33,698 nt of DNA, from the NCBI RefSeq assembly GCF_006345805.1, contig NW_021832114.1, positions 1-33,698 on the forward strand. The letters run 5' to 3'. This DNA is from Octopus sinensis (taxonomy: Eukaryota). This document shows, piece by piece, positions 9,942 through 23,705 of the stretch (position 1 is the stretch's first letter; each line of letters begins with the position of its first letter). The position numbers and the translations under genes were made by a program. Below the pieces are notes generated by a model. The model made no database searches and was not told the DNA's origin. It saw only the letters and a program-made list of their open reading frames with translations.

Positions 9942-10226
9942 GAAGAAGAAGAATATCGATAAACTATAACAATAACAACATCAATAATAATAATATTAGC
10001 AGCAGCAGCAAAAACAACAACAACAACAGCAATGATTCTTTTATGTTTTTTTAATATAATAAAAATGATTTCAAGTTTTGGCACAAGGCCAGCAAGTTCA
10101 AGGAAGGGTCCAGTCTATTACACTGACCCCAGTACTCAACTAGTACTAATTTATCGATCTGAAAAGGATGAGAGGCTAAGTTGACCTTGGTGGAATTTGA
10201 ACTCAGAATGTAGTGGCAGATGAGTC

Positions 10227-10268
<42 letters not shown>

Positions 10269-10471
10269 GCTTCAATTTTAACAGAAGGCCAGCTTGTTCT
10301 GGGGAGCAGGTAAATTGATTACATCGACTCGAGAACTCAAAAGGTACTTATTTTATGACCCCGAAAGGATAAAGGTTGATGTCGGCAAAATTTGAACTCA
10401 GAACGTAAAGGCAAACAAATAGCTGCCTAGCATTTTGCCCAGAATGCTAACGATTCTGCCAGCTCACCACC
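9681..10471 (-). mobile_element. Three tandem copies of tRNA-derived SINE family B (9681-9908, 10066-10226, 10266-10471)
   Basis: Each has gaatttgaactc (B-box GTTCAAATTC on minus) and a cacaaggcc/ataagacc tail. The copies are separated by (AAT)n/(AAC)n. Confidence 0.75.
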
Positions 10472-10721
10472 CAAACAATAGTAATAGTAATTAATAATAA
10501 TGATAGTAATAGTAATTAATAATAATGATAACAAACCCTTCCTTTCCTATTTTATATCCTTCATATGTCCTTCTCTTCCTTTACTTTCTTCTCTCTCTCT
10601 TTCTCTCATTCCCTCTCTCTTTTCAATATCAACTTCAACATTTATTTCCCTTTTACATAAAATGTATATATTATGTGTGTGTGTGTATTTATATAGTGTA
10701 CGTGTATATATGTATATATAT

Positions 10722-10930
10722 TCTTTATTCTTGTACTTGTTTCAGTCATTTCACTGTGGCCATACTGGAGCACTGCCTTTAGTCAAAACAAATTGACCCA
10801 GGACTTATTCTTTGTAAGCCTAGTACTTATTCTATTGGTATCTTTTGCTGGACTTTTAAGTTACAGGGATGTAAACACACCAACTTCGGTTGTCAAGCAA
10901 TGTTAGTGGGACAAAAATAGAGACACAATT
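10722..10930 (-). mobile_element. SINE family A, 3' half
   Basis: gtttcagtcatttcactgtggccatactggagcac..ggacttattctttgtaagcctagtacttattct matches the other family A copies. Confidence 0.8.
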
Positions 10931-11225
10931 ACGTACCTATTTGATTTCTTAGCTTATATTTCTGTAAAATTGATTTACAAACTTTGAATTTTCTATGCAA
11001 AATAAAATCTAAAACTTTTTGTCATTAAATATAATTTACATTTTCTTTCTTTAGAATTCATCAAATATTTTTGAAATTGTTCAAAAAAATATAAACTTTC
11101 TCTTCTTGTAAAAGTATTTGAAATCCTGGACACATTTTTTATAGTTTATAAAATGGTAGGAGGAAATTAGCACAAATGTGAAGAGTGTGTGTATATATGT
11201 ATGTATACAAGTGTGTATCTCTCTC

Positions 11226-11264
<39 letters not shown>

Positions 11265-11917
11265 TTTCCATCATTTAATCATTAGTACTTGCTGTTTAAT
11301 TAAAATATCAACTCCATTTCCTAATTTAGCTGATCCACAAATAGATTCGGTTAAAATATGTACGGGACTTAAAAAGAAATACCGATGCTAATACAATCAG
11401 TTAAATACATAAAGGCAATGCTCCAGCATGGCCGTGGTTCAATAAACTAAAGGAGTAAAACACATCAGCCACACATTACATACATAACTTGAAATCTCTA
11501 CTTCACCACGACCACCACCATTTAGTCTGTTAACCTCTCTCTATAAATGACACACCCTCTCTTCAATTATTATTCATGTCTTTCTCATCCACAAATCTAC
11601 ACTTAAAGAAAAAAACCATCACTATTCTATTTCTCAACCAAGCTGATAATTCCACAGAAATCTCCAAGAATATTTCTAAATTTACCAAATTATAACATAG
11701 ATTATTCCTTCAAATACAATATTTAAATGTAATTTATAAAAATATATCAAAACTGCCTGAAAATAAAACAAATTCCAATATAAAAATTTATGCTTCAAAT
11801 AGTTCTAATGAAGCTTTACGAAGTGTATGGTAAATTGCGTAGTAGTAAATAAAATAATTACCTGGATTACTTGTGTGTGAGGTGTTTATTCTAGCCTGAA
11901 GTCTTTCTCTCTCTCAG

Positions 11918-12028
11918 AAATCTTTTGCAAAAGTGGCAATGGTTTGGCTAGTGTGCTGCACTTACAGCTATATTATAATCTACCAGGAAGAAGTTTCTAG
12001 ATACCTGGTGGGTGTTACCTTGTCATGG
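11918..12028 (+). CDS. Candidate 111-nt internal coding exon (hydrophobic, TM-like)
   Basis: Acceptor tctttctctctctcAG ends at 11917 and donor GG|GTATGT starts at 12029. Only the phase-0 frame is open: KSFAKVAMVWLVCCTYSYIIIYQEEVSRYLVGVTLSW. No homologue recognised. Confidence 0.35.
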
Positions 12029-12369
12029 GTATGTATCTTGGTTTAAAAGTATGTGTCTGTTGTAGTGTATAGGTATGTGTGTGTATATGTTGGTGTGTTG
12101 TAGTATATGTAGCCAGATTGCATCGACACGCCTATCTCAGATTACCACAGACTGTATGAATGACACCCCTCTCCCACCTCCCATCCAATCCTATATTCTT
12201 TCTTTCTCTCTTTACATCCTCTCCAACATTACCACCACCACACCACCTCCATGCATTTCCATTCAAGTGTTTCATGTTTCTGAACAATCATATTCACTTA
12301 TTTTGCCTTCTTTCTTTATATGGAAAAATCCCATCCTCAACATTTAAATTTGTATACATGCTTATATAG

Positions 12370-12410
<41 letters not shown>

Positions 12411-12553
12411 TATATATACATATAAACATGTACCTACAAACACACCCATATACATACACACATACAGGCATACCTTTTCCAATGAGTTGTAGTGACCCTA
12501 ACATTGTATACAATAAGCCCATTATAGTTATTATTATTATTATTATAATTAAT

Positions 12554-12760
12554 AAGAATCGTTAGCATGCTGGGCGAAATGCTTAGTGGTATTTCACTTG
12601 TCGCTATGTTCCAGGTTCAAATTCCCCCGAGGCCGACTTTGGTTTCATCTTCCCAAGGGCAATAAAACAAGTATCATTTGAGTAGTGAGGCCGATGTAGT
12701 CGACCGTCCGCTTCCCTACAAAATGTCAGGCCTTGTGCCTTTAGAAGAAAGGACTGTCAT
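12554..12760 (+). mobile_element. SINE family B
   Basis: agaatcgttagcatgctgggcgaaatgcttag head, GTTCAAATTC at 12615, ggccttgtgcct..agaaagga tail. Confidence 0.8.
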
Positions 12761-13045
12761 TTATGCAGTGAATGACTTCATCGTTAATGTGTCGGACATT
12801 GAACGAAGCAAGGAAGGAGAATGCTTTAGAGTAGCTAACCCTGCCAGAAATAACAGCCAAATCTCCTTCTAGTCAGATTCTATTGTATAGGAATGTATAT
12901 ATATGTATTGAGCCAATGACGAGAGCTCTGTATGGCTCGGTGCATCAGCATGGCCTCAGCTCTGAGCTGAAACTAGAAAAAAAATATAAAATATATGTAT
13001 ATATATATATATATGTGTGTGTGGTGTTATATATGTATGTATATT

Positions 13046-13232
13046 GCTGAGCTGGCAGAATCGTTAGTACACCAGGCAAAATGCTTAGCAGTGTTTTCAT
13101 CTGACTTTATGTTCTGAGTTCTAATTCCATGGAGACTCACATTCAGGGACGATGGCCACTGGGACTGATGCAATCAAAACTGGAGCATTCCACGAACCTG
13201 CTGGCCTTGTGCCAAAATTTGAATCCAATATT
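13046..13232 (+). mobile_element. SINE family B, internally deleted
   Basis: gagctggcagaatcgttag head and ggccttgtgccaaaatttgaa tail. Confidence 0.7.
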
Positions 13233-13392
13233 TATAGATATAAATATAATTGTGCACATATTTATACACAAAAGAGGTGACCTTTAACAGGACACCTTAC
13301 GTGCTAGAGAGGGCAGTTAAAGCCCAAACCACAAGAGTAATTTCAAAGGGAACTCAAGTTTCTCTATTACTGTGCAAATAAATTAATTTGCC

Positions 13393-13743
13393 CAAATGGA
13401 AATTGTTGTTAAGATACCTGTGCCGGTGACATGTTAAAAGTACCGTCCGAACGTGGCAGATGCCAGCGTGGCCTGACTGTCGTTCGTGTCGGTGACACGT
13501 AAAAGCACCAACCAATCGTGGCCGTTTGCCAGCCTCCCCTCTTGCCCCTGTGCCGGTGGCACGTAAAAAGCACCCACTACACTCACAGAGTGGTTGGCGT
13601 TAGGAAGGGCATCCAGCCGTAGAAACGCTGCCAGATCAGACTGGAGCTTGGTGAAGTCTTCTGGCTTCCCAGACCCTGGTCAAACTGTCCAACCCATGCT
13701 AGCATGGAAAATGGACGTTAAACGATGATGATGATGATGATGA
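13393..13743 (+). mobile_element. RTE-tailed SINE-like repeat (3 internal ~65-bp modules)
   Basis: Same body and (TGA)n tail as 8194-8473. Confidence 0.8.
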
Positions 13744-14496
13744 TTGTGGTGGTATTATATATATGTGTGTGTGTATATGTATAATATGTGTGTGTATATC
13801 TATATATATATGATGTATATATAATATATATATATATATATATACACATACACACACATACATACAGTCACACACTTTACACTCATGCCTTCCTCAATAC
13901 AATCTGGTCCTCCACCCTTCTCAACAACACTTTCCTTTCGTCCTACTTCATGCCCCTCCACTCTCCCTCATGCCTCCTCAACACATTCACTCTCACTGCC
14001 CTCACAGACGTACCATTGTCCCTTAGACACTCCTGTATCTCTCACCCTCTTAGGGATCACCCCTCTCTCTTCTCTCTATCCACACACCCTGTCCAGTCTT
14101 CTGAACCCCTTCATTATGCAGGTGCTCCTACTTCTTTGTGCATTCACTCTGCCTATTCCGAATATGATCCTATTTAATAAGAGAGGAGGGGAGTGAAAAG
14201 TAACGCTCTCTTTCTGTAGAAAGACTGTCCAACTGTCTGTCTCTGCGTCCGTCCGTCTGTCCATGCATCCAATCACACAAACAGGTATATGGTTCAAATT
14301 TACAGGAAACAAAAGACAGGTGTAGGAACAAGGAACACATGTTTTAGTTAAAAGCTCGAGAATGGAAAAGTTTATTTCATATTATTTACATAAATATATA
14401 TATATATATATGTGTGTATATATATATATATATTTACCTATATATGATTGTTTGCATGTATATATACATATGTGTATATATATATATATGTACATA

Positions 14497-14527
<31 letters not shown>

Positions 14528-14544
14528 GATATATATATATATAT

Positions 14545-14810
14545 ATATATACAAATTGAGATAGGGTTTGTAAATGCAACCCTCCATGGGATAACATATA
14601 TCCAATATACTGCTATTTACTTATATTTATATTCTCTTATACATATTGTACTTATTGTATCACATTACTCCTTTATGTACACTGTTTTGTTCTATATTAT
14701 TATGTTTGACCTTAAAGTTTCTTATGTGGTGGTTTAATAAAGTATGTGATTGGGTATTATCTGGAAATTGATATTTGATTTGGATGTATTTCTCCATTTT
14801 CTTATTTTGT
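14545..14810 (+). repeat. Unclassified interspersed repeat; second partial copy inverted at ~27775-27856
   Basis: Both share tgagataggg..caacc..ccatgggataacatatatccaatatactgcta. Confidence 0.6.
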
Positions 14811-16326
14811 ATATATATATTTACCTATATATGATTGTTTGTATGTATATGTACATTTATGCACATAATGCAAGCTAATTAATTAGTGAGAGAATGTAAC
14901 GCAGTCCCCATAACTTACTCAGTGCCCCAAAACCTAATAATTACGTGAGCAGAATGGTAACAATGTATTACTGGTATTTAATGTTTTTCACTGTCTGGCG
15001 AGATGCTGTGTAAAGTTAGTCCAAATAGTATGTCATGGCTGGAATGTCTTGGCTTCTAGAATTGATGGATCAGGGTTGAGTTAGTGCTAAACTGCTATAA
15101 CTACACTAATACGATCCTCTCCCTCCGACAGGCACCATGACCACCACCACTAGCATGGACTATTAGAGAAAGTAGGTAAACCTCACCCAAATCACATGTG
15201 GAACAATAAATTTGTAGCTGGCATTCACTGACTTGATCAACAAGCTTGGGGGAAATGACATGACAGCAACACAACACCAACAATATCACACCACCACCAC
15301 CACCACCACCACCACACACAACCATCAAGACCAAAGAAAGAAAATTAAATTCATTATGTATAAAAGGTTAAAGAATGTTAGAGCTGTTAGAAATAGCAGC
15401 CAAATCCCTTCCAACAACACCATTTTGTCTTAACATAACTTCATACATATTTATGTATGTGACCAGTGACAGTTGAATTGTACATGAGGGCTAGAGCTGT
15501 TAGAAATAGCAGCCAAATGCCCCTCCAACCTACTGAAATTAACTGCAGCTTATAAATTCTATGCTGTCTTTCAACAAATGAACAACAGGTCCATTTAACT
15601 GCAGCACTTCATATGCGAGAAACAACAGCAAGATTTTAGCAAACATGTATATGAAGACAGAGAAAGAGAAGGAGCAATTTTGATGTAATCACCCCAAACA
15701 ACCCTCAAAACTTTTTCCTTTTTGTGAATTTTAGAAGAGTTTTGTAAATTTGTTCTAACACAGGAATTGATACAGTTATGCAAAAGTGAAAAGAAAAGAT
15801 AGTTTTTGTGTTTTTTAAGGGCTATTTAGCTGTTATTTTAGCATATCGCATGACCACTTGATACCTCCTTGTTTGTTCTCACTCTTACGTATGATGTTTT
15901 CATTATCTTTCAATAAATTCATTTAATGGTCTTTTGATGGGATTTAAGCACAAAGTCCAGACTGTCCATTTTTTTAATTTCAAAATATTAAAACAGAATT
16001 TCCTGGAAATTGAAAAAAAACAAAACTGTTATGAGTGATTATATGGGATGCTTCAATCAGAATTCCGACATGGACAAAATATAGAAAGAAGCAGAAAGAA
16101 AAATATTTAAATATCTCATGTATCAATGCTTAATGGACACTAGACCTGCTGCAAGAAATAGCAGCCAAGTCTCCCTAAATCACAGACCTGTCTCTCTGTG
16201 TGTCTGTCTATCTATTATCAGCTCTTCTTCACAGCATTTTAGGATCAGATACCTTCCTTGCAACCCTCCTCCGTATAGACATTCAGTCCCAGGGCACCAT
16301 TTTCTACCATACACATATATGATTAT

Positions 16327-16718
16327 TCTTTGCCTGTTGGCACAAGGCCTGGAATTCTAGTAGAGGCAGCTAATTGACTCCATCGACCCTGCGTGTGAAC
16401 GATTCTTCCACCTCACCGGCTTATACACATACCATACTGTAACTCTCTCTCTCTCTGTCACTCTCTCCTTCTCTATCTTTCTATTCATCTATTAATTATG
16501 TAATAATTCTCATTTTACATTTAGCACAAGGACTGCAATTATTGTGGGCACCTAATCGATTACATTGACCCTATTACTTGATTTGTGCTCAATTCATGAC
16601 CCTGGAACGATTGGATGCAAAGCAACCCTCACCAGAATTTGAACTCACAATGTGAAACTACGAAACGGCGTGAAGCATTTCCTCTGGCATGTGAGGGATT
16701 CTGCCAACACGCTGCCTT
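16327..16718 (-). mobile_element. SINE family B, diverged copy (16501-16718) plus 3' fragment (16327-16390)
   Basis: agaatttgaactc B-box, gattctgccaac head, gcacaagg tails. Confidence 0.6.
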
Positions 16719-17335
16719 ATGAATACACACACACACACACATACTATAACTACAATAATATATATCATATATAGTTATATTAATACATATATGCTTCTAG
16801 AAATAGCAGTCAAATCTCCTAAAATCACACATCATGCTGTGTTATGTCTGAGGAAATTAACTGCATTGTAGGAAGGCTCGTTGGAATTACCAGCCAATTA
16901 AAGCTCTAATTACAGTGTAATTTCTAATGCATGTATATATGAGGTCATACAGGATCTCTATCTGGTAGCTAGATCAATGTTGATTCAACCCCTCCCCTTA
17001 AAATTTCTAGCATTCTCCATAAATCAGGAAAAAAAATCTATTCTTTCTGAGGGCAGGGAGTCGCTTTTTGTATATCTGTGTTTATAGTTGTATTGATATT
17101 TTCTCTTGTAGAAATAGCAGTCAAATCCCTTTAAATCACACATTATACTGAAATATTAGCATTGTGACTCGGCTTGTTAGAAATAACATCCAAATCTCCC
17201 TCTGAAATTAAACATAGGAGATGAAAGAGAGAGCAGAATGAGAGAGAAAACAGTGAGAGAGGGAGGAGGACATATAATGATTGAGTGAGAAAGAAGGAGG
17301 GATTGCTGGAATAAATACAAGGCTTAACAAAAATA

Positions 17336-18500
17336 TGAGGGGTGTTCATTAAAGATGTTCCCTCACCCACCCACTTCCAGTTATTGCAGGAAACGGAACT
17401 TGTACAGGTATAGTCATACCTGTCTCTCCATGTCCCATTGTAAATTGCAGCTTTCCACTCGGATTCGTTTGTCTTTTGCGGCTGCTGAAGTCGACTTAGC
17501 TGTTATAATGGAGGCAGTTGAATGCAGATCAGGGATCAGGTTCTTATACTTGGAAGGTCGTACACCAAATGATGAGATGAAAGAAAGCACTTATGGTGAC
17601 AATGCACCATCATACAACATAGTCAAGCACTGGCATCACCTGTTCAAATGGGGCTGGACATTGGTGGAAAAATGTTGGACATCCACATTCTGCCATTGAT
17701 GATGATGCCATCCATAAAGTGGAAGCTGCCATTTTGGAGGATCACCACAGAACTTTATGGCAACTAACCCAAAAAGTGAAGATAAGCTTAGGATCTGTGG
17801 GAAAAAAACTCATTTACAACCATTTGTACATGTTATCAGCACAATGGATTCCCCAGATGCTCACATCTTTTCAAAAGCAGGAATGGGTCAATTGTTCCAA
17901 GGCCCTTTTGGCAATGTGTCAAGAAAATGAGGAGGTTTTTTTTTGGCAGACTTATCCCACAGGATGAAGCATGGGTCCATCACAATGGTCCTGAGACTAA
18001 AGTCCAGTCAAAACAATGGAAGTATGATAACTCATCACCTCCAAAGAAGGGTCGTGTCCAGCCCTGACCAGGCAAGGTGATGCTCAATCTTTTTGGACCA
18101 GCACAGATTAGTGATGTTGGATTTTCTGGCAAAGGGCTCCACAATTAATGGGGCACATCATGCTTCTCTGCCGCAGAAATTGCAGGATGCCATCAAAGCA
18201 GAGAAGCATGGCATGCTGACCAAAGGAGTCTGCTTCCTCAAGACAACAACTCAGTTCACAAAAACATGTTGCCCAGATGGAAGCACACTCCTGTGGCTAT
18301 GAAATCCTTACTCTCCTGACCTCGCACCATCTGACTCCCACCTCTTTCCGACCATGAAATCTTTTTTGAAGGGGAAGAAATTTTCAGATGACAAACTTAT
18401 TTCTGAGGTAAAGCCTTGACTCTAGATGCAGCCTACCAACTTCTACAGATGAGGGATACACAACTGCATAAAAGAGACAGGAGAAGTGTGACACCACTTC
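17336..18500 (+). mobile_element. Decayed mariner (DD34D) transposon, near full-length transposase pseudogene
   Basis: Left end TA|tgagggg. Remnant motifs: WIPQMLT (WVPxxL), QDEAWVHH..PETKVQSKQW, GKVML, QDNNSVHK, PYSPDLAPSDSHLF. Many stops and frameshifts. Right TIR not found. Confidence 0.85.
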
Positions 18501-19420
18501 TGGAGGACAATTGAAGGTTCCTATGGGACAACCTGTTGAGGGCTACTGACCAGATCTGTGGCTGGTGCAAAGGCCCACTTGACCTAAGGTGGCATGGTGG
18601 TGGAACAATGTAGTTGACAAGGTCATTAGGGAAAAGAAACAGGCATGGAAGGACTGGAAGTGTGGTGGAAGCAGGGAACTGTATCAGATCACCAGAAGGG
18701 AAGCTAGGAGACAGGTTTACTCAGCCAGAAGGGAAGCAGGTAAGAAAAAAAATTTGCCAATGTTCTTTCTTGTGTGGACCAGAAACTCAAAGTGTTTCAT
18801 ATTGCAAGACAGTGTGTGAGAGAGAATTGTGATGTCAAAAGAGAGAAATGTGTCTGCATGGATGATGGGTCACTTGCATTTAATGATGCTGCAAAGAGAG
18901 AGACTTGGAGATGCCACTATAAATGGTCCTGAATGGAAAAAAGTGTGCCAAATGTTGACCTAACAGAGGGATCAGCTATTCAAGTGACAGTAGTACCTTG
19001 GTAGATAAAGCAATTAAGGGTATGGAAGCAGGGAAAGCTCCTGCCTCATTAGGAATCACTGCTGTGATGCTTAAAATATCTGGTGGTGTAGGCTGTAGTC
19101 TAGTCACATGTATAGTCAAGCAGGTGATGCGCAAAGGGGTCATACCCAATGACTGCTGTTGCAGCACCATAATCAATTGCTACAAAGGTAAAGGTGATGC
19201 ATTAGACAAAACTAATTACAGAGGTATGAAATTGTTGGACCAGGTGATGAAAGCCACGGAGAGGGACATAGCCCAACTAAATAGGGAGTGAGTTAGTTTA
19301 GATGAGATGCAGTTTGGGTTTGTGCCAGGGAGAAGCACTATTGATGCTATATTTCTGGTAAAGCAACTGCAGGAGAAATACCTAGTCAAAGATAAGTCTC
19401 CATACTTGGCATTCATTGAC
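18500..19420 (+). mobile_element. RTE-clade LINE ORF fragment (EN-RT linker to RT domain 3)
   Basis: WWNNVVDKVIREKKQAWKDWK, GKAP..GITAVMLK, STIINCYKGKGDALD..NYRG.KLL, QFGFVPGRSTIDAIFLVKQLQEKY..LAFID. Disrupted. Confidence 0.9.
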
Positions 19421-19682
19421 ATTTTTTATTGAACTTAAACATTTGACCTTTAAATTAACTTTGGTACACGCAGCTATCAGGTGACATTTTGTCACCTGGT
19501 CATAGTTTTCAGGGGTCCTTTGCCTCTGATCCACCTGTCCATAAGGGTATTCTTGGCCATTGAGGTGGTGGTAGGGTGTCTACCTGTTTTCAGTTGACTG
19601 GGCCAGAAACATGGATAATCTTGCGAAAACAAACTCATAAACCTAAAAAATAGGTTTATTGACTGAAATGACTAAATCTTTT

Positions 19683-19903
19683 TGAATAGAGAAACATCAG
19701 GTGAGTTTTATTTCAAACAATTGTTTTCGGGTAAGGTCATAAATATATCTGTATTTATGTATAAGTAAATGTGTACCCAAGCACATCTGCCCACACACAC
19801 ACTCACTCTTATGTATGTTTTTACTTAGACATAAACACAGGTGACATTGTAGCTGGCCTAAATCTCATCTTTTCAAATAAAACTCACCTGATTCTTCTAT
19901 TCA
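19683..19903. repeat. Small element bounded by ~33-bp imperfect inverted repeats (MITE-like)
   Basis: tgaataga..atcaggtgagttttattt.aaa at 19683-19717 is inverted at 19871-19903. Confidence 0.55.
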
Positions 19904-20217
19904 GCAGGTATTAAATCCTTTCATTCAATAATGCACAACAACCGGTTTTTTTTCCTTTTTCACTTATTTTTTTTTTTTTTGCTTATTATTTTGACCTCTT
20001 GCAATTTCTATTCATGTGTATGTGTGTGCATATATGTATGCGTGTGTGCAACCACCTGCATGCTAATGTGTGTGCGTAGGGATGTGACACACCCATCAAG
20101 ACCTGGGCAGACATGAAGACTGCATGAAAAGAAATCTGATACACCCTCCACCCCCCACCCCACCGAAGAAAGGAGAAGACTTTGGAAATTGGTTTTAAGT
20201 AAGAAACTCAGTCTGTC

Positions 20218-20254
<37 letters not shown>

Positions 20255-20425
20255 TGGTGCTCCAGCATGACCACAGCTGCATGACGGAAATGAGTAAAAG
20301 AAAACAATAAAACAATAGTATATATGCATACATATATAGACACAGACACATACATATACATACATACATACAAATATATACACATATATATATATATTAT
20401 ATATATATGTATATATATATATATA

Positions 20426-20444
<19 letters not shown>

Positions 20445-20464
<20 letters not shown>

Positions 20465-22157
20465 AATTATTGTATACAGTGCTCAAGTGCACCACAACTT
20501 GTCAGAAAGTGCGTATAAAGTATATGCAGTAATGTAAAAATGTCTGGAAAGTGAACAATGTATGAGTCAGAGACATGCTTGTGTGTGTATGGAGGGGAGA
20601 AAGATCAGGTGTAGTGTTGGCGAATCTCAGGAAGCATGGAAGTTTTGAAGGATGCAGTGCTCCGACAACTAACAACTGATGCCGGCAGTTTATTCCATGC
20701 TTCAGCAACTCTCAGCGTGAAAAAATGTTTCCTGAAGTCATGGGAGCTGTGCTGTTTTCTTACTTTGTAAATATGTCCATGGGTGGAGTTTGAAAAGGTG
20801 CTCAGAGTTATTGTTTGTACGATGGTTGATAATTTTATGGATGTCTGCCAAGTCAGCTTCCAGACGTCGGAGTTTCAATGTGTCTATGCCCAGGGAAGTA
20901 AGGCGTTCAGGATATGGCAAATGCCTGATGGAGGGTATTCTTTTGGTTGCACGTCGCTGAACAGCTTTCAGACGATTGATATCCTGGGCAAGATAGGGGT
21001 TCTAGACCGGTGATGCAAATTCCAGGTGAGGTCTTACCATAGCTATATAAAGCCGCAGATAGATAGCCGGAGAGCGGCTCACAAAGGATTTGGTGAGTGA
21101 TGCCAAGACACCCTCAGCCTTCTTGACAATTTCAGCGATGTGTTTTGTCCAACGCAAATCACTGTCGACAATAACACCCAGGTCACGTTCACATGAAGAC
21201 TTTTTGAGACTAGTGTTGTGGAGGGAGTAGGTGGACGCTGGGTTTCTACTCCCAAAATGCATGGTGGTACATTTGTCCACAGCCAGCTTGAGTTGCCAGT
21301 CCATGATCCACTGCTGCATTGTGTCCAGGTCTGCTTGCAATAGAGATCTATAGTTTACAGGATTTGACCTCTTTATTTCGAGGTACAGCTTGATGTCATC
21401 TGCATATTTCAGCACTGTGGCATTCTTTAAGTAGGCATCTATGTCATTAACATATGCAACAAATAAAAGGGGGCCAAGAACAGATCCCTGTGGTACACCA
21501 GATGTCATCTCATAGGGCGAAGAGTGCTGTCCTAGAACTGTGACAACCTCTTTTCGGCTGAAAATAAAGGACTTCAACCAGTTATAGAGTTCGTCTCTTA
21601 CACCCAACGCAGAAAGCTTCACCATAAGTCTTTTGTGTGGCACAGAGTTAAAAGCCTTAGCGAAGTCCAGGTAAACAACATCCACCCAGGATCCACGATC
21701 AGTGATTTGGGTAACGTCCTCAAGAAACTCGATGAGTTGATTACAGCAGCTGGAGTTAGGAATAAATCCGAATTGTGACGGCTGGATGAGGCTGTGAGAC
21801 TTCCAGAAGTTCCAGAGGGTTTCTCTGATACAGGATTCCATCAGTTTGGCGATGCAGCTAGTAAGACTGATGGGGCAATAGTTGACAGGCGATGTGCGGT
21901 CGCCTTTTTTTAACAGAGGGATGACACTGGCAGTTTTCCACTGTTCTGGAGTAACACCATTGTCGAGACAGAATTGGAAGAATAGAAAAAGTTGGCTTAG
22001 AAGAAAGTACCCACCGCGTTTGAGAAGTAGGTATGTAACACCATCGAGACCAGGAGAGGCATAATTGCGTTTATTCTTAAGGTGGCGTTGCAGCATTGCT
22101 GGTGTAAATTGCATAGTAGATATAGAGTCCGATGTCAGTGGTGATGAAGATGGAATT
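20445..22157 (-). mobile_element. CR1-clade LINE, 5'-truncated, RT domain nearly intact, (ATT)n tail
   Basis: ORF 22114-21002 has QFGF, YLDFAKAFNSVPH, GVPQGSVLGPLLF and KYADD. One TAG at 21002 (expected W of VWNP), then VQRRATK..L.Y.ERL..L. An 11-bp deletion lies near 20779. Confidence 0.95.
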
Positions 22158-22159
22158 AC

Positions 22160-23705
<1,546 letters not shown>

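Noticed and set aside
13870-14180. 129-aa and 103-aa ORFs in a CT-rich stretch
   Set aside because: Low-complexity pyrimidine-rich sequence with no domain motif or convincing splice pair.
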